Source: Macrostomum hystrix
Lineage: Eukaryota; Animalia; Platyhelminthes
NCBI GenBank assembly: GCA_950097015.1
Contig: CATNEN010000038.1
Coordinates: 12,090,001 to 12,154,000 of the forward strand
DNA length: 64,000 nucleotides
Direction of reading: 5' to 3'
Each line of letters opens with the position of its first letter. Position 1 is the stretch's first letter. Below are positions 49,746-61,239 of this stretch, one piece after another. The translations under genes and the position numbers were made by a program. The notes below the pieces were generated by a model. The model worked only from the letters and a program-made list of their open reading frames with translations. It was not told the origin of the DNA and ran no database searches.

Positions 49746-52700
49746 TCATCCCTCTCGAAGTTCCATCATCTCTTCGCCATCCTCGTCTCGCAGGTGCGTC
49801 AGTTGCTGCTGCTGCTGCTGCTGCTGCCGACGCGACGTCAACAGGGCCACTGTGGCCTCCTCGTGCCTACAAGACACGCCGCCAGCGTTGCTTCGGCCGC
49901 CGTCCGCTGCCGCAGCCGGCCTCGCCGACGGCACCGCCTCGTTGTCCTCAACGACGGCTCTAAGAAAGATTCGCCTGAACTCGGCCCTGAATGCCGAATT
50001 GAAGAAGCCGTAGAGCAGCGGATTCAGGCAGGCCGGAAGCAGAATTAGCAGCAACGGCGAGAACTCGGTCAGCACGGCTCTGGCACTGCCTCCTCCGCCG
50101 CCGCCGCTGCCGCCCCCGCCGCCGCCCTGAACAAAGCCGAACAGATTCAAAGACCGAGGACCGTCAGCGGCCGGATCAGCGTCCGAGTCAGCCGAGGCGC
50201 TGCCGTTGGCTCCAGCCAAGCCGATGCGGATGTCGGTTAGGTCGTGATAGACATTCGAGACCGTCAGCGGCAGCCAGGCTACGGCGAAGGCTACGGCAAT
50301 GACTGCCAGAACCAGGTTAGCTCGGCGACTTCGGCGACGCTCGACACGAGCTCGCTCGCGCTGGTAGTCAGTGACGACTGCGGCGGCAGCAGGCGCATTT
50401 TCGGCCATCCCCGCGGCCGGCGCCGCCTGTTGGCGCTGGCGTCGGCGAACTTTCTCGTTCAGCTGTCGGCAAAGAAGGCCGTAGGCCACGCTGACGGTGC
50501 AGAGCGGCACCAGGTATTGGAACAGCAGCGCCACGCCGCAGCTGTAGGCGGCCTTCCAGACCTTCACCAGCGGATCCGTGGTCATCTCGGTGCAGAGGTG
50601 CCTCGGCCGGCTCTCGTGCGGTATCCACGACTCGGTGATGGTGGCGAATCCGGCTAGAGGCGAGGCCAGGGCGCCGGCGAGCAGCCAGACGGCGGCGATC
50701 CACATGACGGCGCGACGTCGGCGCCGCTTTTCGTTGGGACGCCAGCCGACACGGTTGATGACCTGTTAGGGGCGATGGAATCCAGATTGGGATTCTTGGG
50801 AAATGACACTGAAAAAGCTCGTACTAATTTTGGATTGGAATTAGAAAAGGTAAAGTACATCTGTATTCTATATAAAATAAAAAGAATGATTTTTTCTGCA
50901 ACTTTTAGTCGCGACCCCAAAATGAATGATGAGCAATTTGAGTCCCCAGACAGTTAGTTACTAAGCTATTAGGTCCGTCAATTGACTCGGACAGTTCTGC
51001 GTGAGATTTCATTATTAACGAGCCTTTCCAAGAACGGAGCCACTTTACGTGAGCCGAGTCTCTATAGATTCTTGCAGCGCCCACTTTCAAGTCTTTTTCT
51101 ACCGAACTTACTCGCAATTTGACTCGCAATTTGACTATACGAGCGTAGGTACTCCCCACCCTAAAAGATGAAGCCGCGGCCTCAGCATCTCAGTATCAGA
51201 TGGGCTTGCTGTGAAGGGGAGGGTATAAATTAAATTTCTAGTCGCTGTCAACTCTGGAATTGAACCTGCAGTTGGTGTCTGTCTGATTGTCGGGCTGGGC
51301 TAGTCCTGGCCGGGCTTGTCTCTAGGATAGAGGAGTTTTGACTCGGTTCAATAAACTTTCATTTTATACGTAGTTGCCGCACCGGGCTGCTCTTGTGAGT
51401 TGATCTAATTAAAATCGCTGTTTTGCACCCCAACTAAGTATATAGGGGCCGTTGATTCGCAAACTCACACTATAGGCCTGCTTAGTTCTCCTCTATTTGG
51501 ACTTTTAACAAAAATTTCGCCAATTCTTTAGGATAAAACAGATATAGCGGCGGCCTGTGGGGATTATTTTCCCATTGAAAATAATCCTATACAACCACCT
51601 ATACTTAGTCCCTCTAAACATAATAATTCCCAATTCTTTTCATATAATATTTATATTGTCTATAGTCTCAAGGAAAAGCAATTGATTTAGTGTCCATGAC
51701 AACGCTGGGAGCTGTCCATCGTTGTATTAGCAAGGGATTATATTCTCGTTTCGCGAATAGGGATTACCATCCAATCAGACAAGGATGCTCGGATGAAGGT
51801 CCGGATATGAAGATAATATTTTGTATTAAGAGATGGACTGGCATTCTGCAAATTATTGGCTTTTTATAGTTTTACAGTTTTAATCTTTCTAGGAAATTAG
51901 AAAAGAAAAGCTATTTTCTAGCTCCAAAAACTGAGAAGGGAGCTCTGAGGGAACTTTTCTTAGGGGAGTTTTTTCAAGGGGAATTTTGTAAGGGGAGTTT
52001 TTTCAAGGGGAATTTTGTAAGGGGAGTTTTGTAAGGGGAGTTTTCTTTTGGGAGTTTTCTAATGGGATTTTTCTGAGGGTAATTTTTTCAGGTGGATCTT
52101 TGTGAGGCGAGTTTTCTATGAGAAGTTTTCTGAGAGAGTTTTGTGAGGGGACTTTCAGAGGGGAATTTCTAAAGGGTAGCTTTTTTTTAATCTCGTAAGG
52201 GAACTTTTAAACGGTAGTTTTCAGTTTTAATCGTCATGGATATGACATTATTAATATTATAAGCTAGTAGAGTCCTCACCTGGAATCTATCCAGCGCAAT
52301 GGCGATGATGGCGTAGGTGGACACAAACACGTTCACCCCAGTCAGGGTGTTGACCAGTTTGCACAGAGCCAAGCCGAACTGCCAGCCATTGTAGCGTTGA
52401 AATAGGCGGACAATGTTCAAGGGCTGGGTGAAGCCGCAGAGGACGAGGTCGCTGAGGGCCAAGTTGGCGATGTGCAAATTGCCGCCGGTGCGCATTCGCC
52501 GGTTGTGCAACAAAAGGCAGACGACCGTGGCGTTGCCAATGGCGCCGAACAGCAGGAATATTGAATAGAACCCAATGGCCACGTACAGGGTGGGTAGCTG
52601 GCGACGTTCGGCTGCTTCGAAGGCGGCCGAGGCGGCCTTGATGGCGGCCACCTGGTCGCTGTAGTTGGCACAAGCGAGCTGGTGAATGATGCTAGCCAGG

Positions 52701-52747
52701 TCCATAGGGTTGCTGGGGCTATCGCTGTCGACTTGTGAGCAGGTCAT
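49746..52747 (-). CDS. Rhodopsin-class neuropeptide receptor, NPY/NPF/sNPF/PrRP-receptor-like, ~494 aa
   Basis: Exons 52747-52280 and 50762-49746 (phase 0). TM1 GN, TM2 NLALSDL, ECL1 WQFGLALCK, TM3 IALDRF, TM5 QYLVPL, TM6 FAVAWLP and TM7 NPLLYGFFN..FRAEF. Confidence 0.92.
51948..52180. repeat. Degenerate GGGGAGTTTT/GGGGAATTTT ~15-bp tandem repeat in the GPCR intron
   Basis: Units are visible and resemble the 404-1080 array. Confidence 0.7.
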
Positions 52748-53248
52748 TGTCAACTGCCTTCAGTTTCTGATACTCCAACTTTAGAGCGGCGATGAAGGCT
52801 GGTATGCTATCATTTTTCTCACTGAAAAAGAATCGTCTCGCTTTTTTGAGAACGGGGTTACGGGGGCGGAGACTGAGTCGCTCTGAGATTGGTCCAGGCA
52901 GTGAGGTGTGGCGGCTTGTGAGTCTGCCTTCTCAATTTGCCGGATTGGCAGCATCAACGCCCGCCTTTGTAGTTCAATTTGATTTTTTCCTCTAATCAGC
53001 CTTCTGGCTTCGCACGTATTGAAAAAAACTGTTTTTTGAAAATCAAAAATATCTCTCTCTTAAGAGGGAGCAAATGATCTGCTTAAAAAAAGACAATATT
53101 TGTACTTTTATTGAAGCTCGATAGCTCACGTGATGATATGAGGCATTTTTAATTGCTCTACAGGCTTACTTATCGTACAAAAAGAGCATTGCCTTGCTTG
53201 CTGGACTGCATGGACAGTCTGTGGAAAAAACAGGGATATTTCTGAGTT

Positions 53249-53770
53249 GGGGGAGTTCTCAGATGAGGTGGAATTCTTAGGGTGGGAGCTCTCATCTGTG
53301 TACTTATCATCGGGGGAGTTCTCATCGGGGGAGTTCTCATCTGGGTAGTTGTCATCGGGGAGTTCTCATTGGGGTAGTTCTCATCGGGGGGAGTTCTCAT
53401 CTGGGTAGTTCTCATCGGGGGAGTTCTCATCTGGGTAGTTGTCATCGGGGAGTTCTCATTGGGGTAGTTCTCATCGGGGGGAGTTCTCATCTGGGTAGTT
53501 GTCATCGGGGGAGTTCTCAATGGGGTAGTTCTCATCGGGGGTAGTTCTCATCTGGGTAGTTCTCATCGGGGGAGTTCTCAATGGGGTAGTTCTCATCGGG
53601 GGGAGTTCTCATCTGGGTAGTTCTCATCGGGGGAGTTCTCATTGGGGTAGTTCTCATCGGGGGAGTTCTCATCTGGGTAGTTGTCATCGGGGGAGTTCTC
53701 AATGGGGTAGTTCTCATCGGGGGAGTTCTCATCTGGGTAGTTGTCATCGGGGGAGTTCTCAATGGGGGGG
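53249..53770. repeat. G-rich ~15-16 bp minisatellite (paralog of 404-1080)
   Basis: Tandem units are visible. Confidence 0.95.
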
Positions 53771-54500
53771 AACGGATCATTTTAATAAAAGGCGGATGTA
53801 CTTTGAGATGTGAAATAAAGTTGTCCGAACTGAACCTTATTATAGTGAATTTTGTTTAATTTTGAAATCACAACTGTTCTCTGGGTGCTCTCGCATTCGA
53901 GTTGCACTTTTTGTCGGTATTCTCAGAGAGACGGTTGAGTCCGTTCTCTCTCTGAAACTGCTCGCATATAGATAAACCGCATGACCCCTCGGCCTCGCCA
54001 AATTAACGGCAAGGGTGGATCTGAGTTGGCGTCCCAAAGCGTGACTATTTAGCCAGCGAGTCGGTTTCATCCTCTTCTGCAGCCTGGAAGGTAAATCTGC
54101 TTTGTCAGTAAATAATTAACAGGTTCTATGACAGCCTCCAAACTCCACTATGCGCTGAGCTCGTTCATCTTCCTAGTTTGCCCTCTAACTGTCACCCGCC
54201 TCTACCCCTCGATTTTTAGGATAACAGCAAAACAACAAGCCATTTTTGCCCAGACTCTTGAGTTGATGAAGGATGAAGGATGAAGATGACGGCATGTTTA
54301 CTGTAGTTAGCGATAGATGCGTTTGCAGAAACAAAAAATAAAGATCTGGTGTTAAAGCCTTTTAGCTGAATAAAATTTCTGCTTTCCTAGTATGTCTGGC
54401 TTTGCAGTGTCGCATTGGCCATTAGACTGAATTTTAATGAGAACAGAAAGCATGTGTTCACAGGGAACACATCTTCCATCTTAGAAAATCGATTTTTTGT

Positions 54501-56119
54501 TGCAGCGTCAGTTCTATATGCAGTGACAGTTCTATCTGCAGTGACAGTTCTATCTGCAGTCTCAGTACTCTCTGCAGTGTCAGTTCTATCTGCAGTGACA
54601 GTTCTATCTGCAGTCTCAGTTCTATCTGCAGTGTCAGTACTATCTGCCGTCTCAGTACTATCTGCAGTCTCAGTACTATCTGCAGTCTCAGTACTATCTG
54701 CAGTCTCAGTACTCTCTGCAGTGTCAGTTCTATCTGCAGTCTCAGTACTATCTGCAGTCTCAGTACTCTCTGCAGTCTCAGTACTCTCTGCAGTCTCAGT
54801 ACTCTCTGCAGTGTCAGTTCTATCTGCAGTGACAGTTCTATCTGCAGTCTCAGTTCTATCTGCAGTGTCAGTTCTATCTGCAGTCTCAGTTCTATCTGCA
54901 GTGTCAGTTCTATCTGAAGTCTCAGTACTATCTGCAGTCTCAGTACTATCTGCAGTGTCAGTACTATCTGCAGTCTCAGTACTATCTGCAGTCTCAGTAC
55001 TATCTGCAGTCTCAGTACTATCTGCAGTCTCAGTACTATCTGCAGTCTCAGTACTATCTGAAGTCTCAGTACTATCTGCAGTCTCAGTACTATCTGCAGT
55101 CTCAGTACTATCTGCAGTGACAGTTCTATCTGCAGTCTCAGTTCTATCTGCAGTGTCAGTACTATCTGCAGTCTCAGTACTATCTGCAGTCTCAGTACTA
55201 TCTGCAGTCTCAGTACTATCTGCAGTCTCAGTTCTATCTGCAGTGTCAGTTCTATCTGCAGTCTCAGTACTATCTGCAGTGACAGTTCTATCTGCAGTCT
55301 CAGTACTCTCTGCAGTGTCAGTTCTATCTGCAGTCTCAGTACTATCTGCAGTCTCAGTTCTATCTGCAGTGTCAGTTCTATCTGCAGTCTCAGTACTATC
55401 TGCAGTGACAGTTCTATCTGCAGTCTCAGTACTATCTGCAGTGTCAGTTCTATCTGCAGTCTCAGTACTATCTGCAGTGACAGTTCTATCTGCAGTCTCA
55501 GTACTATCTGCAGTGTCAGTTCTATCTGCAGTCTCAGTACTATCTGCAGTGTCAGTTCTATCTGCAGTGTCAGTACTATCTGCAGTGACAGTTCTATCTG
55601 CAGTGACAGTTCTATCTGCAGTCTCTGTTCTATCTGCAGTCTCAGTACTATCTGCAGTGTCAGTACTATCTGCAGTCTCAGTACTATCTGCAGTGTCAGT
55701 ACTATCTGCAGTCTCAGTACTATCTGCAGTGACAGTTCTATCTGCAGTGACAGTTCTATCTGCAGTGACAGTTCTATCTGCAGTCTCAGTACTATCTGCA
55801 GTGTCAGTTCTATCTGCAGTCTCAGTTCTATCTGCAGTGTCAGTACTATCTGCAGTCTCAGTACTATCTGCAGTCTCAGTACTATCTGCAGTCTCAGTAC
55901 TATCTGCAGTGACAGTTCTATCTGCAGTCTCAGTTCTATCTGCAGTGTCAGTTCTATCTGCAGTGACAGTTCTATCTGCAGTCTCAGTTCTATCTGCAGT
56001 GTCAGTTCTATCTGCAGTCTCAGTACTATCTGCAGTGTCAGTACTATCTGCAGTCTCAGTTCTATCTGCAGTGACAGTTCTATCTGCAGTCTCAGTTCTA
56101 TCTGCAGTGGCAGTTCTAT
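54501..56119. repeat. 18-bp minisatellite (paralog of 1809-3625)
   Basis: Tandem units are visible. Confidence 0.97.
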
Positions 56120-56595
56120 TTTCGCGAAATTTTCCATGCTTGCTTTGCAGGAAAATCTATTCAAAATCAGGGAAATAAAGCATTCAAAATTTGACAAATA
56201 GTAAATAAGTCCCAAAGCAGCAATTGCCAAGCGATTGCAACTAGGAATTTGACTGTTTAACAATTTCCCCTCAAATAAAAGTACAGCTGCATCGTCATGA
56301 AGAATGACGGAGAGCTTTTCGCATCGTCAGCAGGCCGATAAAAAATTGTCTTTCACTTGGCCGCCCTGCGAGTTTATTTCTGTCCCCAGATTTTTAGGCC
56401 ATAAAATGTCGCTCTAGCACTAATGGACAGGCTGTCATTAGGCAGGTGGACGACATCAATTTGGCATGCAAGTTTTTTTTCACCGTTTTTTCTGGACTCG
56501 ATACAGAAAACTTCCTTTCGATCCGACAGTCAGTCTAGACTTAATTCTCGTGAATTTTTCTTACTAGCTTTATGTTGCTAATTATTACTAACATT

Positions 56596-56875
56596 GGGGT
56601 GGGTGAGTGGCATAGCGGCTATGACACGTTTCGCACCTCTCGCACCATGGTCCCTGAGCTCGATTCCGCGGCGAGGCCACATTAATTTGGAGCCCAGCAG
56701 AGGAGAGAAGGCTTGGTGGCTTGTGCAATTTACGCCATTGAGGGTCAACCTTCTAGGCACGTTGAAAAAGTACTTTGCCCGACGATGACAAAGTCAGGGC
56801 AGATGTACACACCTGTGTGCGTGTGTGCTCAGGAGTCAGCGTCCATGGAACGTACTTATAGCCTTCAGATGCGCT
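56596..56875 (+). mobile_element. SINE B/A chimera (duplicate of 4101-4380)
   Basis: Near-identical to the 4101 copy. Confidence 0.8.
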
Positions 56876-59800
56876 ACATTATCTCTTTGCGTCTAAATCT
56901 AAAGTCGTATTGAACTGTTGAACTGAGCAGGTTCTACTGGAATTACGATCGCAAAAGGGAAATATCTTTATTAGCAGTCTATACTTGCCTGGCAGCCCTA
57001 CAATATTGTGAGAAGCTATAGCAATTTGGGGTACTTCGATAATCTTGCCGGTTTGTCGCGGCTTTGAATTTGGTTGCCATGGAAAGGAGCGTTTTTTCTG
57101 CAGCTTCTATTTGAATTTGTATAGGGGCCGAACTGCTCAAACTCTCTCCCCGTCTCTCCTTTTTATCCATTTCCACTCAAAATTCATGCCATGCAGCAGT
57201 GCCTTCGCATGCATATGCAGATACTCCTAATCCACTTTGCGGCGCATGCCAACAGTCAGACTGCAGAATGTCCCACAGCAGCTCTATTTGCAGCGCTGCG
57301 TCTTGTATGTTTGCCTCCTTTCGCTTAAGTAGCACTATAGGCTGCCTGCAATCGACCGATCTATCGATCCTCGATTTATCTATATCTGATTTACCCTAAA
57401 TGATACAAACTTTACACGTGATAAAATCAAGGATAAAATGCGCTCGCAGACTTAATAAAAACATACGCTACAAGCAGCTTAAGTAGCCCCTGTTGTTTCC
57501 GTAGGAAATTTTTTTTACATATTTCTACACATTTTGTTGAAAGTCAAATACCTCCTAAATGTATAATTTATTGTTCTCATATGCATAGAAACCTTGTGCG
57601 CGATTTTCCACTGCTGAATTATATGTCAAAAGTTTGCGCATGATACTACTAGGCCAATTTCAGTACTACACAAAGCAAAATTAATTGCGCACAATGGTCA
57701 ATATGCTATAAAATATTCTATTGCACCGATGAAGTCCCGGCCGGAACTAGAAAAACTTGATTAAAATTATTCTAATAAGCTCATAAATTCAGTAAGCCTG
57801 TTACCGGTATCTAAAGTTAACAATCAAACCTGGAGCCGGCATTTCCGAAAATCGGAAAGGGAGATGAGGTAAAAAAGCTGAGAAATAAAATTTAGGCAAT
57901 GTGGCTGGATGGCTGGATGTCCAACTAAGAAGAAGCGACTTAGTTGGCGAATGAAAGGTTAAAAATGCGTGTCGAGGTTAAAACGAGCGGATTGGGCGTG
58001 AAAGGGTTGGGATGAGGGGCGGTTGAAGAGCACGTTTCGGGTAGGGCTGGGACTTGAATGGGCTTGGTTGAAGTCAGAGTGATGATCACAGAATTTTCTG
58101 CACGATAAATAAACCTAAAAATTAAATTCAAACTTTAACTATTATCAAGCATTAATATTATGCTATTTTTTACGCTATTTGTTTCTTTAACCTGGTCTTA
58201 GTTAGCGCCGATTAAAAATTGTCGTCCTAAATTGCTTCATTCGACTGGATGGCTTGGTCGATTTGCAGCGCTGCGTCTTGTATGTTTGCCTCCTTTCGCT
58301 TAAGTAGCACTATAGGCTGCCTGCAATCGACCGATCTATCGATCCTCGAATTATCTATATCTGATATACATAGTATGATATAATATGTAGTAAAGTAGAT
58401 AGGTCGCGCCGTCGTGAATTGTTAAAAAACGATCACTGATCGAAATATATATAGCTGTAAAAATCTAGACAAAGAGAAAGGCAAAGCTGCTCAGTGCTTT
58501 CTTCACTTATTAAACTTAAGTTTTTGCCTCTTTAACATAGTCATAGGCCTACATACACGATACCGTAGGCCTACAGAAATTTTTCACTAATTAGTAATTT
58601 TACTAGGCCTAATTGTGCGCTAGCTAGTAATAGTATAGCTGCTCATGCAAACCATAATTTTTCCATCTGGTAACATAAAAATAGGCTCTTTACCCAAAAT
58701 TTTAGACCAGCTTTACCCGAGCCTAACACCCCTATTGGAATAAGTGGCATTTTGCAGATAGGATAGGGCCTAGCATCTGGCACATTTTACTTGTTGTCAT
58801 AGCGCCATGGGCCATGATGCACTCTATATAGTATATAGATCCACGCCAATAATGCCCACCTTGTTTGCATGGCAGCTTGCTAAAATAGGCTATTGCATTA
58901 TATACATGTAAAACCCAACAATGACAATGCTCAATAAATTAATTTCAATAACTTATTTTTGATAGGCCTAGTTTCTCATTAAGCTTATTGAATATATATA
59001 ATGCTTAAACCTAAAATTGATTGGACCATTAAAAATTTACCATGGCAGCATGGCACACTGTCTATGTTACCTTAGGATTGCTGTGGTACGTAGTAGCTAA
59101 AAACTTATTCTAGTAGGGCCCCAATACTGTTTTGTCCCAAATAGCAATATCAAATCAAACAAAATAAAAAATTTGCTCACTAGGATACAAGACAAAAAAC
59201 AAAGTACAGCCTATTTGAAATTTTAAATGTAAGTTAGATAAGCTACATACTATATCTATATTGAAATCTGAAACCATAGTCACCTAAAATGTTGGAGTTG
59301 GACCATCTCTTATTAGGTGTTTGCATGTTTGGGATGCCCGTTTGTTTAATTTTAATATACAAAAATCAACACTTGTATTTATAACTTATAAAATATTTAT
59401 CAAAATCTTGTATTATTTCAAATTAATCAATTACAATTCAATTACAATTACAAAGTTTTATTCAATAGCATTAAAAAGATATTGATATTATAATACTACT
59501 AAGTTTATCTGCAACAACAAAATGTTTCAAAATCAAGCATTTTACATTTTTTTGTCTTAGTATAAGCTAGTACAGACTATATGTCTTTTATGTCTATATA
59601 ACTTGTTTTTCATTCATTTTGTGTCTTTTAACAAAAATATAATTTATAAAGTTTTAGATTTCATGACTTAGCAAGTTAACATAAACTTCATCAACTTGCT
59701 GATAAGTTCCTTTGTTTCTCTTTTTAGGAATTTATCACTTCCAGCAACTGCTGGGTACCCCAGTAATTAATACTTAATGAGTAGAAGTTGTAGATCTTAC

Positions 59801-61239
59801 CTTCTTTTGTTTAGTGGTTCTCTTGCCTCTCACTCTCTCTTTAGTTGCTGCAAGCTTCAAGTGCTTGATGCACTTGGCTTCTGGTTGCGATTCAGGTACC
59901 TGGATCATTTGAATATAAGATAATTTAATTTCTTCTCCTTGTCTCGGTTGCGGTTACAATGAACTAATAGTAACCCAGTGTAGTATCTTCCTGATTCTGA
60001 TTTGTCGTTGATGTTGGTTAACCAATAGTCACTTGTGGAGTGTGTTCCTTCTTACCAGCCCTGGTAGGTTTTACCACTTGTCTGGCACTCACCCTTTGTA
60101 ATATAATCAATGTAATCACACGTCTATGATTACGCTTTAATTGTTGGTTTAACAGTTACTTGGAGAGGTTTCACTTAGCTCAAGAATGCTGTCTAATTAA
60201 TAAAATAATTAATGAGGATAACTCAAGGAACTTTTACCACAAGTCTTGGACCTGGAGTCCAATCCACTTCAGATTCTTCTCTCTGTTTTCTCTTCTCGGC
60301 GAGACTCTGAATCTGGGCTCGCTTCGGAGCTCTTGTATTTATAGAGAATCGGACCTTCTCGGGTTCAATGAGTGCGTTCAAATGACAGGTGTCAAACTGG
60401 TGTCAAAAAATCTGGGTCAACGCTTGACAACTTGAGAGGTTAGACTTTTTTACAACTAAACTAGTAGTCTAAGCGCAAAAAGATGGATTATTGCATTCTT
60501 GACCTTTTGATTGATTTTGGGTAACATGATTGGCGGCATTGTTGGTGCCTATGACATAAAAATTGATTTATACTATTAATAGTAGTCACATGATTTTTGA
60601 TTGATTCGATTCTCCTTTTTTGGTAAAATGAATCACATGCTGTACTTGTATGTTTTCTGGTTGGCATTTTCTAAAATTACTACTAAGTGGATGAGTAGAG
60701 TATTTAGCGCATGATTGTTGAAAAAAACTTAGCCATAATTCTGTACTCTACATTGCAAGGTTAGCATGACACTAAAGGCTATTGTGCTAGGTGCAAAAAG
60801 AGAATATAATCAGTTTTGCTGCCCTATACTAAAACACTAAATATATATTACAGGTTAGATGTGCGATTGTTAATTCCTTACAGAGTAAAAAGAAATTCTT
60901 GAGGTTTTAGGGTTTATTTAGTTAATATATACTTACCTACTTTGACCCCTTTGTTTAAGTTAAGGTGTAATCATGCAACTGTCTTGTTATAAATGTTCTG
61001 TTGCATTTAACATATAGCTAGCTAACCTTTATATGAGCAAGTTTTTTATTAAGTAACTATACTATATATATTTGATACCTATTTATGTAGTATTTAAACT
61101 TGTCTCTTCTGAAGCAATTGATAATAATAATTCTAAACCTGTCGTCAAACATTATAACTCTACAGCTTCAAGACTGACTGGCTGCCTGATAGTAGACCCA
61201 ATTAGTATTTTTCTGCTAGCATTAACTTCATAGCAAGCA

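Larger units (their letters stand above)
52846..58966 (+). repeat. Segmental duplication copy 2 (intergenic region between the GPCR and AMPK beta)
   Basis: Near-identical to 1-6463. Confidence 0.97.

Noticed and set aside
48525-50013. His/Thr/Cys-rich 386/478-aa ORFs (metal-binding-like)
   Set aside because: Translation of the 16-bp CA-rich array, antisense to the GPCR.
15214-52747. Operon of four co-oriented minus-strand genes
   Set aside because: Gaps of about 3-12 kb and unrelated functions. Polycistronic transcription cannot be inferred without SL/transcript data.
60097-60429. TG...CA-bounded LTR-like segment upstream of AMPK beta
   Set aside because: No TSD, no second copy and no PBS/PPT visible.
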